64,000 nucleotides of DNA from Octopus sinensis. Its lineage: Eukaryota. Each line of letters begins with the position of its first letter. The first letter of the stretch is position 1. Location of the stretch: positions 42,470,001 through 42,534,000 of the forward strand of contig NC_042997.1 of the NCBI RefSeq assembly GCF_006345805.1, written 5' to 3'. This document shows positions 27,041-39,480 of this stretch, one piece after another. The notes beneath the pieces were generated by a model. It was not told the origin of the DNA. It was given only the letters and a program-made list of their open reading frames with translations, and made no database searches. The position numbers and the translations under genes were made by a program.

Positions 27041-29560
27041 CCATATATTTTCTGAAATTATTTGCCTATCATTTCTCATTTCAATTATCTGTATGTTTGT
27101 TATATAATCTCATCCTGTTTTTCAAAGCTATCTTGCCAGAGCTGTTTCATAACTGAAAATATTGAAGATATGTCTTTATATACTTGGATGTGGAGTGCAT
27201 TTATTTTCTATATGAGGTTGTTCTTTTTCACGAATTCACTGGTTTCATTATCCCATAAGTGTTGACACTGTTGTACCTCCACTAATTTCTGCTATCATTG
27301 TGCATTTGGATGTTCAACCTGTTTGCATGTCAAGCCAGTTAAAAAATTTACTGATGTCCACAACCTGATATCACCTGCACTAAATTGAAAACTGAATAAT
27401 CAATGAGGCAGCAGTAATAGAAACAGCAGTGGAGAAAATATGCTAATGCCAACAGTCAAACAAAAACTAACCCATAAGAAAAATGAGTTTAGAGCTATCA
27501 AATATAAAACAACTTCAACTCCAACAATATTAAAAACATTTTTAGCAACTACAGGTATAAAATAAAGTAGCCAGAATAACTTTAAAAAACAGAATATGAT
27601 CTGGTCAACAGGTAAATACAGAAAACAACTGACATACAAATAGCTCTAGTAAAACAGGTTGAGATTATGTAATACACAAAGAGAACTACTGAAACGACTG
27701 AGAAATGCAAGACAGATAATGCATTTCAGAAAACCACTTCAGAGAGAAAGCAGATGAAAAACCTTTCACAAATAAAAGCAAAGGTACCCAATACGAAAAA
27801 AAAATGGAACATCATAAAATATCAGAAACCAGCCAAAGACAAAAGAATTTACCAATATATATCAATTGTTTTAACATCCTCTTTTCCATGCTTGCACAAA
27901 TTAGATGGAAATAGTTGAGGCAGATTCTCTACAGCCAGATGCCCTTCCTATCATAAATCCTCACCGGTTTCCAAGTAGAATATTTCCCCAAGTCAGACGG
28001 AATTGCAAGCATGATTATAAAACAACTCCATTTGTATATGAGTGACACTCATTTGCAAGTGTCATATGATGCCAAGGTGACATGACAGCAGGCTTCTTTC
28101 ACTATTAAATCCACTAACAAAGGTTTGGTTGTCCCTGGTGACGCAATGGCACTGAAACCAAAATCTGATTGAGAATGAACTTCTGAACCATAGTCATATA
28201 TAATATAAAAAGCAGTCTGATCTGACAATGATAGTTCTTTTTATTGTATCTTGAATTTGACAACACTGCACAGTTCAAACAAGAATTTAGTTTTCATAAA
28301 CAATGCAAGTTACTGGTGATCCTGTCAATGCTGGGGCTATGTAAAAAGCACTGGTACACTCTCTAGAGTGGTAGGCATCAAGAGCATCCTGCTGTAGAAA
28401 CCTTGCCAAAACAGACTGGAATTTGCCAGCTCCAGTCAAACCCTGCTATTATGGAAAACACATAAAATGACGACAATATACTCTATACTATTTATCAAAT
28501 ACCATCTCTTTTACTTACAAAATGTAAACTGTAATATTTGAATATGTACAGATATGACTGCCACTCACAAAGAACTATGGTGTGTAATAAAAATGTATTA
28601 GCGACAGAGGCAGCATTAATACAGAGAAGATTTATCCCCAAATAAATGTGATGTCCTATTAGAACTAAAATGCAGTAGTTACCATGAGAGAAACTCAGTA
28701 TTTTGGTGCAAAATGTACATTGCTAGCAGGGGGATAAATCCCCAACCCCTTCAGTGCTGAGACCACCAGATCATGTGATTCCAACCTTGTCAATGACTGA
28801 CACTAAATACCAAACTATGATTTGGTATCAGCAAACATTAAGCCTTTCACTAATATTTATTTATGAGAATCTCAATGTATTGCAATAGCTATATATTTAT
28901 TTCAAGTACCATAGTCAACGTTGCCTTTCGTTAGTTTTGGGGTTGGTTAAAAAAAAGTACTAGCACGGTGCCAATGCTGTCCACTCTCCGACCAACTGTC
29001 AAATTCTTTGTTTACTGGGCCAAGTATGGGAGAACCTAGAGAGTATCTGCTCTCAACTATGTAGGAACAGAAAACAACAATGTTACTAAGGATTATTTGA
29101 CTGCAAGTGACATGTAGAGAGGAAAGAAGGGAAGAGAGAGCTGAGAGGAAAGCAGAGAAGATAAAGGAGAAACAAAGGGGACTAGTGATACAATTGGGTG
29201 GGGGACAGAAACAATGTAGAAAAAAAAAAGGTGAAAACAGAAAACCTGACAGTTCCACATTAGACAATTCATTATTTGAAAGTGTTAAACATAACTGATA
29301 AAGTTTAAGAGCTTTAAACTGAATAGAGTCCAAAAATCTTACTAAGTGCCATTTCATGAATTCTATTAAGTAAAAAGCTGGCATTTCCCTTTTAAGTTAT
29401 ACATATTTAGTTATTCTGCTTATAATCCTTTACAGAGTTCTGTAATAGATTTCACTTTATAGCAAATTTTAGTTTAAACGGGACTCTAGCAAAATAGCGT
29501 TAAAATGTGAGTAACTTAAAAGCTACTTAAATATAGAATAAAAGGTGGGCAATTAACAAT

Positions 29561-30438
29561 TTAACCCTTTCGTTACTAACCCGGCCGAAAAATTTTTTGG
29601 TTCGTAATACCAACCCGGCCGAGAGAACCTATTGTTATTTAAATGTAAATTTGAACCCCAATCTCGGTACATTCGTTAAAACATGTGATTTCACTTTGTA
29701 AATAGTTGGCTTATAGTAACCGACATTGCTTGAAGTGATATCTCAACTCAGTAAATTTTGGGAGATTTTTTTCCACATTTTTTTCGGCATCGATTTTTCT
29801 TCAACTTTGAAAATGGATAGGAGTTTCATGTTATCAAGCATTGATTCCGAATTTAAAGCTTTTTCTACGGAAAATAGGGAGATATCGAGAAAAAGAATGA
29901 ATGAGATCCTAAAGCACGTGGTATACAATAAAGAATAGGATATTTTTTTATCCGTTAACCGAAAGCAGCGAAGTAAAAAACTTTAAAAATGTTTTTATTA
30001 GCAATTCCAGTATTTCAGTTTATTCCACCTTTATGGTACACCTGTTGTGCATTAAATTCAACTGATGATCTTGTGATGTGCACAATTCTTCTTTATCAAA
30101 ATTTTGTTGCATACCATTTGAATATTAGCTGATGATTCATTTTCTATAGTGATGTTTAAACAAAATTTTAATATTTTTACCTTTTGCTCAATTTAAAATT
30201 TTAATATTTTTACCTTTTGCTCAATTTACCTGTAATTAAAGTCACTTTGAGACAAAAGTTATGCAATAGAATTGATTAAGAACCCTTTCTTTAATTATGT
30301 TCCAAATATCACAATATGTTGATAAGTAAAAAAGTTAGTTATTTAATGAAACAAGCCTAAATTCATGATTATTTTAGAATTTAATTGAAACTCATGGGGG
30401 GTGTATTTTGGTCAGAAATATAGTAACGAAAGGGTTAA
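29561..30438. mobile_element. 878-bp non-autonomous piggyBac-type element (family B)
   Basis: Perfect 18-bp TTAACCCTTTCGTTACTA / TAGTAACGAAAGGGTTAA ends including TTAA; internal 33-bp tandem duplication at ~30162-30228. Confidence 0.8.
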
Positions 30439-30622
30439 TCCACTAAAACTGCAATGACAAAGATACCTACAATGTTATCTCAGAAGTCATAAAGAACTCA
30501 AAGCAAAATGGATAGAATTCAATAACATTGTTTGATGAAATTTGTATAAAAATTTGCAAGGAACTGTTAGACTACTACTGAATTGTGGGGAAATGTGACA
30601 ACAAAACAAAGAAAGGCGCGCG

Positions 30623-30658
<36 letters not shown>

Positions 30659-31266
30659 GAAATAGGCATGTAAAGTGCTATTAATGAATGGGAAAAAAAT
30701 GAAAGATAATGAAAGGACATGAAAGAGGGAAGAGAGTAATCTGAGTCAGAAAATGAAAAAAAAAAAAAAGATGAGCAAGCCCAAATATTAACATTATGAA
30801 CAGCTCAGGTGACTTAAAAGTGTCAGTTATTGGAAAAAGAAAACAATGCCAAAATGCAGATATTTTTCACTTGAACATGAAAATCTAGACAAGAATGCAA
30901 TTGAAATTTATGTTAATGATTATTTTTAGTTGAACGGGACCATCAAAGCTTCGTTAAACCTCTAAATTACAAAAGATGCAGAAGCTGTTATATGTAAAAC
31001 ATCAAAATTCTGCCTATAACTTTATTCCAATTCTAGCTAGTCATTTCTTGTCTCGTGTTTGTCTATACTTGCTGCAGAGACAACAGATACATTTCAATGG
31101 AAGTCAAGTAAAAATAAACAAAAAAAAAAGATGAGTTTGGGAGTTCAAGCAGCCAAAATTGAAATTCAACAAATACATCAAATATTGGAACAGAACAGAG
31201 ATTGACAACTATTCCACTAAACATCAAAGGTAGATAAACACTGATTGCTGCAATTAGTGTACTTAC

Positions 31267-34213
31267 TTTAAGTTTTTCATGATTATCTCTGTCATTTTCT
31301 TCCGAGGTAGTTTTACCATCTTCGTGTGTCTCAGTTCGTAAATCCCTGCTATCTCTTAGGTCACGTGCATCTCTGCTTTCAACACGTATATCTCTACTTT
31401 CTCTCATATCTCGGGAATCTAAAATAACCTCTCTTGGTTCCCGGATGTCTCTTGTCTCACTACGAGTATCACATGTTTCCCAAACATCTTGTGAGTCTCC
31501 TCGGGGTTCTCTAGGTTCACGTATGTCTTGAGATTCAACACGTACATCCCTCTGATCACGAATCTCACGGGTTTCAGGGCGCACATCTCTAGCATCACGA
31601 ATGTCTCTCGTTTCTCCGCGCCCCATGTCCCTCGGTTCACGAATATCTCGTGTCTCTCCACGCATGTCTCTGGGTTCTCGAATGTCACGTGGCTCACCAC
31701 GCACCAATTCCCTAGTTTCACGAATGTCTCGAGGCTCATTACGCCCAATGTCTCTTGGTTCAGCACGCACATCTCTCTGCTCACGAAGGTCTCGTGGCTC
31801 AGTACGTACATCCCTTGGTTGGCGAATATCTCGTGGTTCAGCACGCACATCCCTTGGCTGGCGAATGTCTCGTGGTTCAGCACGCATATCTCTTGGCTCA
31901 CGAATGTCACGTGGCTCGGCACGTACATCCCTAGATTCACAAATGTCCCGTGGCTCGGTACGAACATCCCTTTGTTCACGAATGTCTCGTGGTTCGGCAC
32001 GCACATCCCTTGGCTCGTGAATGTCTCGTGGTTCAACACGCACATCCCTTGGCTGGCGAATGTCTCGTGGTTCAGCACGCACATCCCTTGGCTGGCGAAT
32101 GTCTCGTGGTTCAGCACGCACATCCCTTGGCTGGCGAATGTCTCGTGGCTCAGCACGCACATCTCTAGGTTCATGAAGGTCTCGTGGCTCTGTTCGAACA
32201 TCCCGTGGCTCAACACGGACATCCCGTGGCTCACGCATGTCTCTTGGCTCAGCACAGACATCTCTCGGCTCACGAACATCTCGGGATTCAGGACGCACAT
32301 CTCTTGATTCTCGACTATCCCGTGGCTCAGCACGTACATCTCTTGCTTCTAGAATATCTCGTGATTCAGCACGTGCATCCCTTGGCTCACGAATGTCACG
32401 CAGCTCAGTACGCATATCTCTTGGTTCGCGAATATCACGTGGTTCAGTACGCAGATCCCTGGGTTCACGCATGTCACGTGGTTCAGCACGTACATCCCTT
32501 GTTTCGCAAATGTCTCGTGTCTCAGGACGTACATCCCGCTGATCACGAATGTCACGGGGTTCAACACGCACATCACGAATGTCATGTGGTTCCCCACGTA
32601 AGTCGCGTGCTTCGCCACGTACATCTCTTTGCTCACGAATGTCACGTGTTTCACCACGCACGTCTCTCTGTTCTCTAATATCGCGTACTTCACTACGCAC
32701 ATCCCTTTGCTCGCGAATGTCACGTGCTTCACCAAGCACACCTCTTTGCTCCCGAATATCACGAGGTTCATTACGAACATCTCTTGGTTCTCTAATGTCT
32801 CTGGGCTCAGCCCGTACGTCCCTCTGCTCTCTATTGTCATGAGGTTCAGTACGTGCATCTCTCTGTTCCCTGATGTCTCTAGGCTCCACTCGTGCATCTC
32901 TCTGTTCCCTAATATCTCTTGGCTCCACCCGTGCATCCCTCTGTTCCCTCATGTCTCTAGGCTCTCCCCGTGCATCTCTCTGTTCCCTTATGTCTCTAGG
33001 CTCTCCCCGTGCATCTCTCTGTTCCCTCATGTCTCTAGGCTCTCCCCGTGCATCTCTCTGTTCCCTTATGTCTCTTGGTTCAGCACGCACATCATTTCTC
33101 TGCTCACGGACATCTCTTAGTTCACGAATTGCATCTCTTGGTTTCTGAAGGTTCATTGCATCACCACGAGTATCTCGTATATCTCTAGTCTCTCCACGGA
33201 CATCTCTTATTTCACGAGAATCACCACGGATATCCCTGTCTCGTGGTTCAAGACGGATATCTCTTGATCCCATACGCGAGTCTCTGGTAGTTTCAATACG
33301 ACAATCTCTACCATCCAGTCGAATATCTCTAGCTGGTTCATGTCGGGTATCTCTACCTTCAAGTCGAATGTCTCTGGTTGCATCAAGGCGATTATCTCTC
33401 ATATCATGACAGATATCTCTATTTGAATCTAATCTTGAATCTCTGGGTTCAAGACGAATCCCTCTATTTGGTTCAAGGCGTATATCTCTTGGTTCATGAC
33501 GTAAATTCCTTGTTGGTTCAAGTCGTGCATCTCTTGGCTCATGGCGTATGTCACGAGTAGGGTCAAGATGAGTATCTCTTGACTCGTGGCGCATGTCCCT
33601 GGATGGATCAAGACAAGGATCTCGATTTTCATGTCTTATAGCTCTTGGTGTTTCCATGCCATGACGCAGTTCTCGTGGAGATTCAAGAAGAGGATCTCTA
33701 GGTTCATGCCGAATTTCCCTAGAGGATTGAAGACGGCAGTCTCTTGCTTCCATGCGAATATCTCTTGATACACCACGCATTTCTCGTGGTTCATGGCGAA
33801 TGTCTCTGGGTTCAATATGAATATCGCGATTTTCACCGCTTATATCCCTATTTTCACGCATGTCTCTAGCTTCAAAACGAATTTCTCTAGGTTTTCCACG
33901 CCCATCTCTAGTTTCACGAATGTGATCTAGATTAATGTCCCTAGGTTCACCACGCATATCGCGGCGTATGTCTCTAGGTTCAGCACGTACTTCCCTATTT
34001 TCATGGCGAATATCCCTTGGTTCACCACGAATTTCTCGTGGATCATGACGAATGTCCCTTGGTTCACCACGTGTTTCCCGTGGATCATGGCGAGCATCTC
34101 GATTCTCAGCACGTGTTTCACGTGGATCTCTATGTTCTCTTGCTTCACGCAAGTTTCCTCCTTCAGTACGTATTTCCCTTGCTTCACGGTGTTTTTCCCG
34201 TTTCTCTTCATTT
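31267..34213 (-). CDS. PRRC2: PRRC2 coding exon 9: 2,947-nt exon of Arg/Asp/Glu mixed-charge tandem repeats (~982 aa)
   Basis: tttcttttacag acceptor at 34214, AAA|gtaagt donor at 31266; stop-free in the frame required by exon 8 (phase 2 to 0); coincides with ORF 31063..34152. Confidence 0.88.
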
Positions 34214-35001
34214 CTGTAAAAGAAAAAGAAAAGTGGAAAATAAATTATTGCAGCATAAGAAAAGCATATATCAAAGAAAACATTTTTCTAAAATACTTAA
34301 CTCTTCTTATATTTCTAACACTGCATATTTATTTCAATATTCAGCTGATCTTTGGAAAACAATTTAGAATTGGCTCACACTATTATCTAGATATATTATA
34401 AATATAACCACCCCAATAAAGATTAAAACCCACTTTTAGTAAATGTTTATATATTCATTGTCAGTAAATTACTTTTATAATTGCTCAAGGATGTATTTAT
34501 GAAATTGCAGGCTGTTTAAACCCTTCAACTATAATCTTTATTATATCTTACCCACTGCGAAAAGCTACAGGGAAAGTTTATTTTTTAAAAAATTTGTCTT
34601 AATTTTTGTGTGGGGCCTAAGAACTTTATTTACATAAATTTCTTCCCTAATTTTGTTTTCCGAGATACTAATATCCTCTAACTAATTGTTGTTGGTAGTC
34701 ACACTGGTATCACTTTTGTAAAACATGCATGATCACTCAATTGAACTATATTATAATGCACTAAAAGTTAATTGTAAAAGACATTTGATTGGTCAAATTT
34801 CCAAACCATAAATAACCAATAAAATAACATTTCATTAAAACAAGATCTTGTAATTAGCTGGTAACAAGCATTTTTCTTGCTAGAATTGTCTCATTATCAT
34901 AGTTGAAAGAGTTAAACGTGGCAGCCCAAAATCTAAATTAAACATTGAATATGATTGTCTTTAGCAACCGGTCTTTAAAATTAAAAGTTTATAATGGAGA
35001 T

Positions 35002-35214
35002 TTAACCCTTTAGAATTTAAACTGACCATGTCCTTCGCAAATATTCCACTTGTTTTAAGTTCAAACTGGCCAGATCTGGCCTCTCACACCTACTCTGCAA
35101 TGTCATTCTGACTAATAACTATCACATCATTGAAATCTCAAAGATAATGCAAGTTTAATTCAAAACAATGTGGAATAAGCATTTGACAGAGTAATCTGAA
35201 TGTCAAAGGGTTAA
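35002..35214. mobile_element. piggyBac-type MITE family A (orientation as 6854 copy)
   Basis: TTAACCCTTT..AAAGGGTTAA ends; interior AAACTGGCCAGATCTGGCCTCTCACACC matches 6854-7083. Confidence 0.78.
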
Positions 35215-35837
35215 ACATAACTATTTAAAGGATATACTTTCACCCATGAACTTAAAAGCCATTCTCCTTGATCCAATATTGAATGAAAAATATTTAGCCA
35301 GTTTTCTCACTAATGTTTCTTGCTTATACAAACACAAGCTTTCATTGGCTTTCTTAAATTCTTATAACTATGACTACAGTATATGCACATTGTTAAGTAA
35401 TTGTATTTCAAGATATTCAACTACCATAATAGTTTGAATGTCTAATGAAATCTGAAAAATCTTTATGCTACACAGTTTAATTTAATTTAACCAGCCAAAA
35501 ATGTACTTGGTGCTATTAATTCTTTAGTTTAAAAGTGAAAATATAGAAAATGGATATAATGGCCTGATTTTGGGTATATTTCTGGAAAACATCTAAAAAT
35601 CAATGTTAACACAGAGGAAGCAGTATTTTCTATTTTGAGCATCATCATTTAATGTCTATTTTTGATGCTGGAATGGGCTAGGTAGTTTGGCAGAATCCGG
35701 TTAGCCACAGGGCTGCATCAAGCACCAAGGTCAGTTTTGATATGGTTTCTATGGCTGGAAGCCCTTTGTAATGCCAACCCCTATATAAGTCATTTAAATG
35801 AAATGTAACATTTGATGTATTTGCTAGATAGACATAC

Positions 35838-35885
35838 CTTTCATGTTTCTCACCCTCTTCATCATCACTGAAGACCAGCTTTTCA
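35838..35885 (-). CDS. PRRC2: PRRC2 coding exon 8, 48-nt microexon (SEKLVFSDDEEGEKHE)
   Basis: tttcatttag acceptor, AAG|gtatgt donor; completes the conserved DYxEKLxFSDDEE motif begun in exon 7; phase 2 to 2. Confidence 0.92.
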
Positions 35886-35965
35886 CTAAATGAAAGAATA
35901 TAGAAGTGTTTAAAAAATAATTCGAAATTATAGGACTAATACAAATTCAATCAAATAAGCTTTCA

Positions 35966-36183
35966 TTAACCCTTTCATTACCAACCTGGCTGAAACTGGC
36001 TCAAGTACAAATGTTTTGTTTTCATAAGTTTTGAATTAATATCTTCCAAACCTTAGTTACAATTTATTTTCCTAACACTAATTGAATGATAACTAAGTTA
36101 TTTTACTAAATTCTTTGTTATATTTAAAGTAATTGAAAGAAACACAGAGCATCTCAAAATAAATATAGTAACAAAAGGGTTAA
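35966..36183. mobile_element. Short internally deleted family-B piggyBac-type MITE
   Basis: TTAACCCTTTCATTACCAACCTGGCTGAAA and AAATATAGTAACAAAAGGGTTAA match both ends of 29561-30438. Confidence 0.72.
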
Positions 36184-37768
36184 AGAAAAGATATGAAAAT
36201 ATTAAGCTAACAAACAACTTGAACTGAATCACTGATAGGCCTGAGTATATTTCCATAAGGTTTAAGATTTATCAGGTTCATAGATTCCAAATAGTAGATG
36301 AGAGAGATGCAATTCCATAAAGCACAAATGCCAACATGGAGACAATTCAAAATATTTTAAATTGTTTAAACTAGTTAAATATATTTACAATTCAGTGTAA
36401 AAAGTTATTTTCTTTGGCAAAATTTCTGTATTTTCAAACCAAAGGTTATTTGAAATTATATCTACATTTCTTGTGTGGTCCCTAAGACAACACCCAAGAT
36501 CCTTTTCAGGCTTCTAAGATGACATGAAGCTGTCCTCAAACAGGACCTGACACTGAATGCTTGAAGCAGCTGACTCCACTAAAAGGCACTCAATAACCAG
36601 GTGGTGATGTTCCATCATTTTCCTTTTTCTCCACCCCACTCTTAGAAATACGTTAATCTATGTACAACTACATTACCTATAAGGTTTGACTAAGAGATTT
36701 GAATATAGTGAACTGAATTTTACTTAACAGATTATTCAATTGTTTCAGACTGATGTAAACAGTCAACCACAAGAACTGGACACCAGAAAAGAGCTCCAAA
36801 ATCAAAAACTGTTGTGTGTTTAATTTTTGGTAGTCTATCACTTCTTTCATTAGACTACCATTTGTATACTAATAATCACTTCTAATATAGCCCTAAAGAT
36901 TCATGAGGAAAGAGAGTCTATGGTAAATTAAATCAACCCTAGTACTCAACTGGTTCTTATTTTATCCTTCTACACATCATCCAAGAAGAATGATAGGCAA
37001 TACATTTTTCAAAGCAAGATTTGAACTCAACATATAGACATCATATGCAAGAAATTTTTGTCAGCATTGATAAATGAAAACTAATTTAGAATTTTCAAGG
37101 AGGAGCCCATTAAACAGTATTATATTTCTCATAAAGCATCAATGGTCACAAAATGTCTTCCAGAAACCAGAAACCAAATCTTCCTCAAAGCACACCCACC
37201 ATAAAATTTTTTTACAATGCAACCTAATGTTTGGATTGCAGGTCTGTTTAATGCCAGCTTTATTCAATCTAATAAAAAACTGATGATAAATTCAATATTT
37301 CTTAAGGTTTTGATTCTGCTTATTTAATAATTCCAGACTACAAAGGTCCACTGATAGACTTCTTGTTATATTTAGTCGTGTCCAATAAATTGCAGTCTAC
37401 AGATAACTCAGATAACGTTTTTCTCTTTTGCTGGAAACTCACTTAGCTATTCAATTAATGTACATTAAACAGATTTATTGGAAAAAATACTTTTTCATTT
37501 GGTTTAACTTGACCAAGAAAACAATACTTTTTGGAATTTCAAATTCAGAAAAATAAATTGTTCACAGTCAGCTCTTTGTAGCTGACGACAGCCACCACCA
37601 CCACCCACTCCATTAACACCTGAGCAACTAACTATTACAGTTCTCAGTTATATATGTATACACATGTGAGTGATTATTGGCAAAACCTATAGAAACTCCG
37701 GAGTTTTGCAAGTAGAATTAAATGTGCAAACGTAATGGCAGTATCAGAATAACCTCAAAAGATGTTAC

Positions 37769-37948
37769 CTGTAGTCTATCTCCCCTTGAGCTCCAGCCCA
37801 ACCACCATCAGTTGGGTCATTACGCAAAATTTCATCAAATTCTTTGAGATCACGATCTTTAATAATAGCAGGTCGTTTGTAGTTCTCATTGTCAGTTTCA
37901 TTTGCTGGCCTTTGTGCTTGAACATTTGGAGGGGGAACTCTCGGGAAC
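37769..37948 (-). CDS. PRRC2: PRRC2 coding exon 7 (RFPRVPPP...RPAIIKDRDLKEFDEILRNDPTDGGWAGAQGEIDY)
   Basis: ttttgcag acceptor, CAG|gtaaca donor, 180 nt, phase 2 to 2; conserved family motif. Confidence 0.93.
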
Positions 37949-38820
37949 CTGCAAAAAAAACAAGTTGAATTTTGTTCCAGTTAAATCTGATTGCAAGCCA
38001 AGCAGCTTTTGGACTAAGAAAATGGCAGCCATTCTTAGAGTCAAGAGGTTGCTTGGCTTTTAGAACAAATAAAAACCAATAAATTTTCTAAGACAACTTT
38101 ATTATCAAAGCATATTTAATATTTTCTAAACAATCACTTTCTTGCCTATTATTTACAAGGAATGTCAAAAACAGACAAGCCTCAAAAATAATTAAGAGGC
38201 ATGTACTTAAAATTTACTAGACAAATTGATTTCTAGCACTTTATTTCAAAATTTAGGAAAATTGATGTTTTTGGATATAATCTTAGTTGTCTTAACTGTA
38301 ATAGAAAAATTTTACTTATCACAAAAAAACTGCCCATGGTTTTATGTAAAGCAAGAAAGATAATAATGAAATTTTTTTAAGTAGCTGCTTCTATAACATC
38401 ACGACAATTTCACTGTAATGTAGCGAGAGTACTGTGGCCTCTATACACAAAAGCTACTATGGTATTTTGCAAAGAGGAAAAACTTCATTTACAGTTACCT
38501 AGAATTTCTAATTTCCACCTTACAATGGAATTTACTTACAGCACCTCTAATATTTTTCATCAACTTACTTGATATTTGTTTACTGCCCTCTGTTGAGCTT
38601 AATCACTATACACTCCCCTTTCTACCTACCGTATTCAACTTGCACTCAACTTATAGCACCTCCCACTAGTTTCTATTTTATTTTTAACTCTTTTATTCCA
38701 CTTCAATTGGCAATTTATGCAAGGTGACAAAATTAAGTTTCTGTTGGAAGGGCAAGAGCATAAAACAATCTTTCCACACTATAAGTATCACACTGAATTC
38801 TACAAACTCAGAGATACCTA

Positions 38821-39046
38821 TTTCTTTACTACCCACAAGGGGCTAAACACAGAGGGGACAAACAACGACAAATGGATTAAATCGATTACATCGACCCCAG
38901 TGTGTAACTGGTACTTAATTTATTGACCCCCGAAAGGATGAAAGGCAAAGTCGACCTCGGCGGAATTTGAACTCAGAACGTAATGGCAGACGAAAAACGG
39001 CTACACATTTCGCCGGACATGCTAACGTTTCTACCAGCTCGCCGCC
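38821..39046 (-). mobile_element. tRNA-derived SINE (same family as 58176-58400)
   Basis: Reverse complement has a B-box-like GAGTTCAAATTCC and the core GTCGACTTTGCCTTTCATCCTTTCGGGGGTCAATAAATTAAGTACCAG. Confidence 0.8.
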
Positions 39047-39376
39047 TTTCTACAGAGATGCCACCAACAGTTTCTTCAAATTACAGATTTTTATCATAAT
39101 CATATTAAAAACTAGTATAGGAAATACCTAATGTTGAAGCAGTGCCATGCACCAACAAGATGAACAAGATGAGAAGTAGCATGATCAAAATTAAGAATGT
39201 TGAACCTCAGAAGATGACAAAGGATTAAATAAAATGGCAATATGCAAAACTGTAGAGTTAATTCCATTGAAAGAAAATACTGAAACAAAGTCTGAATCAG
39301 TGAAATACATGTTTCTTCCTGAAAAGACAAATATGGTTTTTATCTATGACCAACAGGAAATTTTTTAATATCTTAC

Positions 39377-39480
39377 CTTCCATCATAATATGGAGCTGGT
39401 TGCCGTGGAACAGGAGGAAAATTTGGAGGATATGTACCTGGACCTGGTGGTGGGCCTTGAGGGAAGTTCCCACGATATAG
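39377..39480 (-). CDS. PRRC2: PRRC2 coding exon 6 (LYRGNFPQGPPPGPGTYPPNFPPVPRQPAPYYDG)
   Basis: ttcttgtctag acceptor, AAG|gtaaga donor, 104 nt, phase 0 to 2. Confidence 0.88.

Noticed and set aside
28968-29057. Possible exon VESRYSLGSPILGPVNKEFDSWSESGQHWHR (minus)
   Set aside because: Open only in phase 1 to 1, while flanking exons 9 and 10 are phase 0; in phase 0 it stops at codon 7. Would need other unseen exons.
29726-29938. 70-aa ORF inside the family-B element as a transposase
   Set aside because: Too short, no DDD motif; at most an N-terminal remnant, which I cannot verify.
31419-33768. Many long antisense and alternate-frame ORFs over exon 9 (e.g. 31528..32307 +, 31419..32339 -)
   Set aside because: Expected by-products of a stop-poor tandem repeat; no splice or start context and no recognisable motifs.
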